A stretch of DNA of 64,000 nucleotides from assembly GCA_963819905.1 (NCBI GenBank), contig CAWFXP010000001.1, positions 146,426 to 210,425 on the forward strand. The letters run 5' to 3'. Shown here in pieces: positions 57,610 through 64,000 of this stretch. Positions within the stretch are counted from its first letter, which is position 1; every line of letters begins with the position of its first letter. The DNA comes from an uncultured Thermoleophilia bacterium (GTDB lineage Bacteria > Actinomycetota > Thermoleophilia > Gaiellales > Gaiellaceae). The translations under genes and the position numbers were made by a program. Under the pieces are notes generated by a model that saw nothing but the letters and a program-made list of their open reading frames with translations, was not told the origin of the DNA and did not search any database.

Positions 57610-58446
57610 GTGCAACTGGGGATGATCAATTCCGCGTGGTTCGGATCGAAGTACGACGGTCGGCCTGGGCTCGAGAAGATGAAGGAGCTCGGGTTCGACG
57701 CAGTCGACGTACTCGCCGACCCACTCGATCTCTCGACGGACGCACGAGCGGCCCTCGTGCGGGACGTGGCTGAGGTCGGCTTGGCGTTGCCGTCGGTGAT
57801 CGTCGTCGCGTTCGGTTTCTCGGACTTCAATCCGTCGATTCGACGGTTCCACCTGGACCGAGCAAAGGCTCACGTTGATCTCGGCGTCGAACTGGGCGCG
57901 AAGCTGATGGTCGTCGCCCTCGGCGAGTACATCTGGCAGCACGAGGTGATTCCGCCCGAAGCCCAGTGGCACTGGGCTGTCGATTCAACGCGGGAGCTGG
58001 GTGACTACGCGGCTTCGTCTGGACTCGAGCTCGCGATGGAACTCGAGCCATTCGACCTTTCGCTTGTCAACACGATCGACAAGCTCGCAAAGTTCATCGA
58101 CGACGTCGATCACCCCGCCGTCAAGGCGAATCTCGACTGCTCGCATCTCTGGCTCATGGGGCTCGACGCCTCGGAGATTCTCAAGCTCAAGGGAAGAATC
58201 ATCCACACGCACTTCTCCGACTGCAACGGCGAGACCCACGGCGATCTCCCACCCGGTCGCGGGAACACACCGCTCATTCGGTACCTCGAAGCGCTCGTGC
58301 AAGCAGAGTTCGACGGAGTCCTCTCGCTCGAGCTCGAGTACGCTCCCCAGCCGGACCAGATCGTCGAATGGGTCACGGAAGCCTACGACGCAACCGCGGC
58401 CATGATGGACAGCCTCGGTATTCGGACTCCGGATCGCGCGCGATGA
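57610..58446 (+). CDS. Xylose isomerase-like TIM-barrel (sugar phosphate isomerase/epimerase) protein
   Basis: ...LAMELEP..., ...HTHFSD..., ...LSLELE metal-site pattern. Confidence 0.8.
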   Translation: MQLGMINSAWFGSKYDGRPGLEKMKELGFDAVDVLADPLDLSTDARAALVRDVAEVGLALPSVIVVAFGFSDFNPSIRRFHLDRAKAHVDLGVELGAKLMVVALGEYIWQHEVIPPEAQWHWAVDSTRELGDYAASSGLELAMELEPFDLSLVNTIDKLAKFIDDVDHPAVKANLDCSHLWLMGLDASEILKLKGRIIHTHFSDCNGETHGDLPPGRGNTPLIRYLEALVQAEFDGVLSLELEYAPQPDQIVEWVTEAYDATAAMMDSLGIRTPDRAR

Positions 58447-58465
58447 AATTCGTCTGAGTGGCATG

Positions 58466-58488
58466 AATCCCGCTCGCTAAGCGGGATT
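58466..58488 (+). terminator. 8-bp hairpin AATCCCGC-TCGCTAA-GCGGGATT after the isomerase gene
   Basis: Read directly; no U-tract. Confidence 0.3.
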
Positions 58489-58503
58489 GCGCCTATCCAT
58501 CGG

Positions 58504-58550
58504 AACAGGGCAGGCAGGACTCGAACCTGCAACCCCCGGTTTTTGGAGAC
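58504..58550 (-). repeat. Duplicate of the 3' 46 nt of tRNA-Trp (att-like site), with one extra T
   Basis: AACAGGGCAGGCAGGACTCGAACCTGCAACCCCCGGTTTT(T)GGAGAC matches 62636-62681 in the same orientation. Confidence 0.85.
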
Positions 58551-58599
58551 GATGGCGAGGCGCGATTCGATTGTCGGAACGCCTCGTATCGGTGCTCGT

Positions 58600-59433
58600 G
58601 GATCGCCGCCGCAGGCGGCCGCCTTCGCAGGTCAAATCCGGTCAGCCGGCGACCGCCGAGATCGCAAGCGACTACCACGCTCGAACCCGGTAAACGGCCC
58701 AATCCACGTTGCCGGAGCAGCGCCCGGCGATGCGCTCGCCGTTCGAGTCGAGAAAATTCTGCCTCGGATCGATCAGTGTGCCACCTACGTATGGCCCTAC
58801 CCGTACGCGACCGCTGCCCTTGGCGCCGATACGCAACATGAGACCCGGATCTGTGCGATTCGAGAGGGAAGAATCTTGTGGGATGGCGCTCTGACGCTGC
58901 CCTATCGACCCATGGTCGGAGTCATCGCCACTGCCCCAGAATGCGAGGTGCCTTCGACCGAGGCAGCCGGCGACTGGGGCGGGAACCTCGACCTAAGAGA
59001 GCTGGCACCGAACAATACGGTCCTCCTGCCCTGTCATGTTCCCGGCGGACACCTCTTCTTGGGAGACTGTCACGCGTGCCAAGGGGACGGAGAGGTGAGC
59101 GCCGCAGCGCTAGAAATGTCTGCACGAATCACTATCCGCATCGACCTTGTTCGCGCAGCCAACCTGCCAGGCCCGAGAATCCTTACCCCGGATGAGTTAG
59201 TCGCTGTGGCCGTCGAACGGTCACTCGAGGAAGCGATCGGGTCAGCCTATGGGAGGCTCGCCACGTGGCTCGAGAGCGACTACGGTCTCGGGCGCTGGGA
59301 AGCGTACTCATTGCTCACATAGGTCGGCGCGCTGAGCATCGGCTATTTCCGCCTCGGCGTCGTCGGCGCGAAGATCGAACGCGCTTTCATCCCACCCATA
59401 AAGCCTCAGGGTTCATCGACTCCTTCGGCGTAA
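58600..59433 (+). pseudogene. Acetamidase/formamidase-family gene remnant (5'-truncated, frameshifted, in-frame TAG at 59320-59322)
   Basis: NPVNGPIHVAGAAPGDAL...GGNLD...GDCHACQGDGEV family motifs. The frame stays open for 36 codons after the TAG. Confidence 0.7.
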
Positions 59434-59540
59434 GTACCCACTCGGAGGGCGGCGCCGTTGTCCTTGGGGACGGGCTTCGCCACCTCCTTCAGCTGAAGGA
59501 CATCGGGCGGGCCGTACCGTTCGACAACGACTGCCTTCAT
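59406..59540 (-). pseudogene. N-terminal 45-aa stub of an MDR-family quinone oxidoreductase
   Basis: MKAVVVERYGPPDVLQLKEVAKPVPKDN... then a stop; the rest of the gene is absent. Confidence 0.55.
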
Positions 59541-59689
59541 GGCTTGTCCCTCTCTCTGCTCTATCGGACAGCTTGCCCGGTCCCCGCGATGAGCATCCAA
59601 AGCGTTCCACGCCTCCCACGGATCAAGGGACGCCCGGATGACCAACGTGCTCAGAATCACAGCTACTCTCACCCTCGCCCCGAGACAAC

Positions 59690-59899
59690 ATGAGGAAGGA
59701 CGTCCGCGAGTTCATCCGCCGGCTCGAAGCAGCCGGCCTCACCGTCGAGCCGACTCCCGGGCACTACCGCGTCCTGCGCGACGGAAAGCCACTCCGAAAA
59801 ACCAACGGGATGCCCTTCACGCTGCCGTTCTCCCCCGACACGACCCGGTGGCGCAGAGCGGCGATCCTGGACCTCCGCAAGCTCGGCATCCACCTCTAG
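59690..59899 (+). CDS. Small protein, weakly HicA/YcfA-like (tentative)
   Basis: 69 aa; REFIRRLEAAG...GHYRV...LDLRKLGI resembles the HicA fold pattern, judged by eye only. Confidence 0.35.
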   Translation: MRKDVREFIRRLEAAGLTVEPTPGHYRVLRDGKPLRKTNGMPFTLPFSPDTTRWRRAAILDLRKLGIHL

Positions 59900-60152
59900 C
59901 CGCGTTGCATCTAGGTAGAGTGGTCTTAACTGGCCCCGCCCTCAGAGCCAGGCCGAAAGCTCGCACCCCACCGACGCGCTCTGCGCGCGAGGCGAGGAGC
60001 TTCACCGGCGAACAGACTTCGACTGCGGGGCCAGCCTCTTCCTCGTACCCACGGTTTCTCGTTTGCTCTCTCTGACAGACACCGGTCTCGGTGGTAGTAC
60101 CCCGCGCGGGCACGGCCATCGGGTGCGGCGAACCGCAAGGAAGGAGTTCGAG

Positions 60153-60368
60153 ATGCAGGCCAAGGTCGGAGATAGGATCGTGATCGAGCCCGCAAAGGTC
60201 ACGCAGCCCGGGCGGGCGGGCACGATCGAGCAGGTGCTCCATGCCGAGCCGCCGACGTACAGCGTCAAATGGGACGACGGTCGGACGAGCGTCCTTGCCC
60301 CGTCGGCAGGCGGCGCACGAGTCGAGAGCCCCCAGCCGAAGCGGGGCCGAGGAAAGCCCACGGCCTAA
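60153..60368 (+). CDS. DUF1918-domain protein
   Basis: MQAKVGDRIVIE...GTIEQV...PPYSVKWDDG pattern; AAGGAAGGAG upstream. Confidence 0.6.
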   Translation: MQAKVGDRIVIEPAKVTQPGRAGTIEQVLHAEPPTYSVKWDDGRTSVLAPSAGGARVESPQPKRGRGKPTA

Positions 60369-60373
60369 ACGGG

Positions 60374-61756
60374 CTAAGCCCGCCGGCGACGCCCAGGGGA
60401 CGGTGGGTCTGTACGCGGCTTGTCTGAGCGGATGTCGTGATAGGTAGTGGCGAGCCGGTTGGCGACCGCGGCCCAGGTGTACCGCTCGTGGGCGTGTCGG
60501 TGAGCAAGGGTTCCTCGGCGTCGGCGCTCCTTCGGGTTGTGTAGCGCGTGGTTGATCGCTTCGGTGAGCGCCTCTCTGTCGTTTGGAGGCACGAGCCAAC
60601 CTGTTCGATCGTGTTCGACGATCGAGCGTGGGCCCGCGCAGTCTGTGGCTATGACGGGTAGGCCGCAGGCCATCGCCTCGACGAGCACGAGGCCGAACGA
60701 CTCGCGGGCGGATGGCAGCACGAGCAGGTCTGAGGCGTTGAGTGCCGCGGCGACGTCGAGCTGCTCGCGCCAGCCGGCGAGGAAGATGTTCTGCGCTGCG
60801 AGCGTCTCGATCACCTCGATCGGGTGCTCGCCTTCGTATTCGCCCGGGTAGCCACCGACGAGGACGAGCGTGGCGTCACGCCCGCGTTGTGTGCGTACCC
60901 GCGCCCAGGCGTGGATGAGAAGCGGCAGACGCTTGACCTCGGTGTAGCGACCGACGTAGAGGACGATCGGGGCTCCGTCGCGGAAGCGGTGGAGGTCTGC
61001 CTCGTTGTAGCTGACGCTGCCGGGCGCACCACCGGGCCGCCAGCCCTTGGGCTCCTCCCCCAGCCAGCGCTGCCAGAGCGCGCAGCGGTCCTCGGGCGAG
61101 AGCGGACGACAGGCGAAGGTGTTCGTGTCAACGCCGTTTGCAAGGCAGATGAGCCGGTCGCGCTCAAGCCCAAGCAGTGCGCGCGCCTCCTCGGCGAGTG
61201 CGGGTGCGGAAACGATCACCCGCGCCGATGCGTTTGCCCACTTGCGCATCCGCTCAGCCCAGGTGCGGGCGTGCCCCAACGGTGGGCCGCAGCCGCGCTC
61301 GATCCGCTCGAGCAGAGCAAGCTCCGTTCCATGCAGGTGCGTGACGATCGGAACGTCCGCGAACGCGCGCAGCGCCGCCTCGTGGATCGGGGTCAGGTGG
61401 TTGAGGTGCAGGATGTCGACTCCTTGCGAGCAAGCGCGCCGCAAAGCCACGATCCAGGCCTCGACGATGCGCTCGTAGGAGCGGTCATCCACCCGGGCGA
61501 TCAGCCGTTCCCCCGCTGACGCCCCTTCCTCGTAGGTCGGTAGGAAGGCGATCGCCGGCCGCTGAGGCTCGTCGAGACCGACCTCGACCGGCTGAACGTC
61601 GAGACCAGCGAAGAAGGTCGGGGCATGCGACGGCTCGCCCGGCTCCCCCTGCGAACCAGCCGCCAGGGTCAGCGCGATCCCGTGCGAAGGCACCGCCCGA
61701 GCGAGCGAGCGCGCGACGTGAGCCGAGCCACCGCGAGGGAAAAAGAACAGGCCCAT
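60374..61756 (-). CDS. GT4-family glycosyltransferase (start uncertain, up to 61792)
   Basis: FFPRGGS N-terminus and the C-terminal ...LPSARESFGLVLVEAMACGLPVIA... EX7E-type motif. Confidence 0.8.
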   Translation of the reverse strand: MGLFFFPRGGSAHVARSLARAVPSHGIALTLAAGSQGEPGEPSHAPTFFAGLDVQPVEVGLDEPQRPAIAFLPTYEEGASAGERLIARVDDRSYERIVEAWIVALRRACSQGVDILHLNHLTPIHEAALRAFADVPIVTHLHGTELALLERIERGCGPPLGHARTWAERMRKWANASARVIVSAPALAEEARALLGLERDRLICLANGVDTNTFACRPLSPEDRCALWQRWLGEEPKGWRPGGAPGSVSYNEADLHRFRDGAPIVLYVGRYTEVKRLPLLIHAWARVRTQRGRDATLVLVGGYPGEYEGEHPIEVIETLAAQNIFLAGWREQLDVAAALNASDLLVLPSARESFGLVLVEAMACGLPVIATDCAGPRSIVEHDRTGWLVPPNDREALTEAINHALHNPKERRRRGTLAHRHAHERYTWAAVANRLATTYHDIRSDKPRTDPPSPGRRRRA

Positions 61757-62039
61757 CGCCACGCCTACCTTCGGCAGACCAGACGTACTCAATCACCTCT
61801 CCCAACGCGTTAGCAGAGCCGCCACGGACGCGCTTAAGCCAACCTCATCTCACTCGGCAACCGCCGCGAAGCTGCCCGATCACGGCACTCACCTATCGAA
61901 CGATGTGGCACCCATCGCCGATCGTCAACCACAGACCGATCAACCTGAAGCCCCCGCCGAGGTCGCGGGCGATCGTCCGACCACGCCCGGACGGGCGGCG
62001 CGCGAGTGATCGCCGACACTCTCAGGCGAAGAGCGATGC

Positions 62040-62575
62040 TGACAGCAATTCCGCAGCGGTGCGCGATGACCGGTCGAGACCGTATTTTCGCCTCGTCCGC
62101 GCTCAGGAAGTAGTCGCGCTCCATGTCTTGCAGACCTTCTCGAGCGGCTGGCCGGTGTGGAGAGCGATGATCTCCTCGAGGGCCGTTTGACGCTGATCAC
62201 CTCGCGCGCTGGGATCTCGATGTCGGTCGCCTGCCCCTCGAAGCCGCCCGAGACCTGGTGGAGCAGGATCTTCGCGTTTGGCAGCGCCATCGTTTCCCCT
62301 TTGCCCCTCCGGCGAGCAGCAGGGCGCCGATCGACAAGGCCGTCCCGACGCAGATCGTCTGCAGTCGGTTTGACGAACTGGATCGTGTCGTAGACCGTGA
62401 GCCCGCGTGGACGGAGCGCCGGCGAGTTGACGTAGATCGCGATGTCTCTGTCGGGATCCTCGGATTCCAGGTGCAGCAACTCGGCCACCACGAGGTTCGC
62501 GACTCGTCATAGATCGGCTTGGAGGAAGATGATCCGCTTTGAGGCGGCCCGAACGGGTTCCAACCGCTGCCCGCC
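62040..62575 (-). pseudogene. clpP: ClpP-type protease gene with many frameshifts and a degenerate N-terminus
   Basis: Fragments lie in three frames: KRIIFL, ANLVVAELLHLESEDPDRDIAIYVNSP, VYDTIQFVKP, ALPNAKILLHQVSGGFEGQATDIEI, LEEIIALHTGQPLEKV, MERDYFLSADEAK. Confidence 0.75.
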
Positions 62576-62637
62576 CGGCGGGAGCCTCTAAATCACCTGC
62601 TCAGAGGCCTCGGGGAGGGGGCTCGATGGAGCCCAAA

Positions 62638-62710
62638 CAGGGCAGGCAGGACTCGAACCTGCAACCCCCGGTTTTGGAGACCGGTGCTCTGCCAATTGAG
62701 CTACTGCCCT
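62638..62710 (-). tRNA. trnW: tRNA-Trp (anticodon CCA), CCA end not encoded
   Basis: Manual fold: AGGGCAG-TA-GCTC-AATTGGCA-GAGC-A-CCGGT-CTCCAAA-ACCGG-GGGTT-GCAGG-TTCGAGT-CCTGC-CTGCCCT-G. Confidence 0.9.
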
Positions 62711-62765
62711 ACGGCAAGGCCCATTGTAGATCGGGGCGGCCAGGGCTCGCCCTACACTCCAGCCG

Positions 62766-62933
62766 GTGGCCAGGCCGAAGCGACCCGCGCTCGGGGTGCT
62801 CTTCCTCGTCATCGCCGGCTGCTTCGGGGGCGTGGCCGCCTACGCGGCGATCGAACGGGCGTGGATCATCGCGATCGCCGCGGCCGTGCTCGCCGTCTGG
62901 ATGGGTGAGCTGACCTATCGTGCTCTCCGTTGA
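62766..62933 (+). CDS. Possible 55-aa two-TM membrane protein overlapping the sigma-factor start
   Basis: GTG-initiated VARPKRPALGVLFLVIAGCFGGVAAYAAIERAWIIAIAAAVLAVWMGELTYRALR; below the length cutoff of the ORF track. Confidence 0.3.
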   Translation: MARPKRPALGVLFLVIAGCFGGVAAYAAIERAWIIAIAAAVLAVWMGELTYRALR

Positions 62934-63744
62934 GGCCCGTATCCTTGACGCCGTGGCGCAGGTGGAAGACGTCGAGACCCTCTGGGCGCAGTACAAGTCG
63001 GAGCCGGATCGGCAGATCCGCGACCGGCTGATCCTCACGTATGCGCCGCTCGTCAAGTACGTCGCCGGCAGGCTCGGCGCGGGCCTCCCCGCGCACGTCG
63101 ACGAGAGCGATCTCGTCTCGTACGGCCTGCTCGGTCTGATCGACGCCATCGAGCGGTACGACCCGACCGCGACGTCAAGTTCGAGACCTATGCCGTCGCC
63201 CGCATCCGCGGTGCGATCATCGACGAGCTTCGCTCGATGGACTGGGTGCCGCGCTCGGTGCGCTCGCGGGCGAGGGAGATCGAGCGGGCGATCGCCCAGC
63301 TCGAGGCGACAGCTCATGCGGGCGCCCACCGACGAGGAGATCGCGGCGAAGCTGGGCATCACGCGAGGAGGAGCTCGACGAGTCGCTGCTCGAGATCTCC
63401 CGCTCGTCGATCGGCGCGCTCGACGAGCTCTGGTCGAGCCCCACCGGATCGGGCGACGCGGTCGCGCTCGTCGACACGCTCGAGGATCCGAACGCGGTCG
63501 AGCCCGGCGGCGAGATCGAGGCGACCGAGGTTCGAGGAGCTGATCGGCGAGGCGATCGCCGCGCTGCCCGGAGCGGGAGAAGCTCGTCATCACGCTCTAC
63601 TACTACGAGGAGCTGACCCTGCGCGAGATCGGCGAGGTGCTCGGCGTGACCGAGTCCCGCGTCTCCCAGCTCCACACGAAGGCGATCCTGCGCCTCAAGG
63701 CGCGCCTCGCGGGTGCCGCGGCGCGCGCCACGATGGAGCAATAG
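62920..63744 (+). pseudogene. FliA/WhiG-type (sigma-28) RNA polymerase sigma factor with about 5 frameshifts
   Basis: The peptide is perfectly conserved across shifted frames: [93 protein letters not shown]. Confidence 0.8.
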
Positions 63745-63865
63745 CCTCGCGGATCGCCGGCAGCGCACGGCGCTACCCTCCGACCGGCCGAAACGGCCGA
63801 TCGGACGCTCGAGGAGAGCTACACTCCTTCGGCCGAAGGGAACCGAGAGGAAGGAACGTCCGTCC

Positions 63866-64000
63866 ATGCCAGCGCACGATCCGAGCTACATTCGCAACGT
63901 CGCCGTCGTCGGTCACCGCGGGACCGGGAAGACGTCACTCGTCGAGGCGATGCTCTTCCAGTCGGAGGCGACGAACCGGCTCGGGAACGGTCGAGCAGGG
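63866..64000 (+). CDS. Elongation factor G-like GTPase, N-terminal part (runs off the window)
   Basis: [24 protein letters not shown]1 motif; GAGAGGAAGGAA upstream. Confidence 0.7.
   Translation, partial: MPAHDPSYIRNVAVVGHRGTGKTSLVEAMLFQSEATNRLGNGRAG

Larger units (their letters stand above)
58504..62681 (-). mobile_element. Putative degraded integrative island inserted in tRNA-Trp (no integrase detectable)
   Basis: Direct repeats of the tRNA 3' half at both ends; the interior is lower-GC by eye and dominated by gene fragments. Confidence 0.5.

Noticed and set aside
58493-58702. ORFs 58493-58702 and 62588-62812 (both minus)
   Set aside because: They simply translate the tRNA-Trp sequence and its duplicate (shared PK.GG/GV..SSPAC strings). 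They are not protein-coding.
61793-62039. Searched for an integrase or excisionase remnant next to clpP and tRNA-Trp
   Set aside because: No frame shows recombinase-like motifs (R..HxxR..Y or a serine recombinase N-terminus). Only a tblastn search could exclude very degraded traces.

Overview
High-G+C (roughly 70% by eye, not computed) bacterial chromosome segment. Gene order and protein signatures look Actinomycetota-like, possibly Thermoleophilia or Rubrobacteria; that assignment is low-confidence inference. Positions 1-25,000 are a conserved housekeeping backbone on the plus strand: ribH, rpmB, recG, rsmD, coaD, yceD, rpmF, plsX, acpP, rnc, smc, ftsY, ffh, rpsP, rimM, trmD, lepB, rplS, rnhB, yraN, comM, dprA. 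An intact IS481-family element sits exactly at the yceD stop codon. Positions 26,000-29,000 carry korAB. Positions 29,000-46,500 are a dense accessory catabolic block: two long minus-strand operons (ppa/amidohydrolase/CDO-like cupin/PLP enzyme, and an ABC importer/Zn-ADH/Fae homologue/enolase-superfamily/Zn-ADH set headed by tenA) plus a plus-strand enolase/MFS/amidohydrolase/Rieske operon. Positions 46,500-51,000 hold a four-gene module (HAL-like protein lacking the MIO triad, MetE-like, ATP-grasp, VOC) bracketed by clusters of a 23-nt REP-like palindromic repeat; 8 copies lie at 3 loci in the window. Positions 53,000-58,400 are a visibly lower-GC module (fused E1 alpha-beta, SDR, cupin, GntR, TIM-barrel isomerase). 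Positions 58,500-62,700 look like a degraded integrative island at tRNA-Trp, bounded by a 46-nt duplication of the tRNA 3' half. Start/stop overlaps (ATGA/GTGA) are pervasive. Several genes carry apparent single-base frameshifts, and 62.0-63.7 kb has an unusually dense indel cluster (clpP, sigma-28). Nothing here was checked against databases; all calls come from reading the translations and the DNA.
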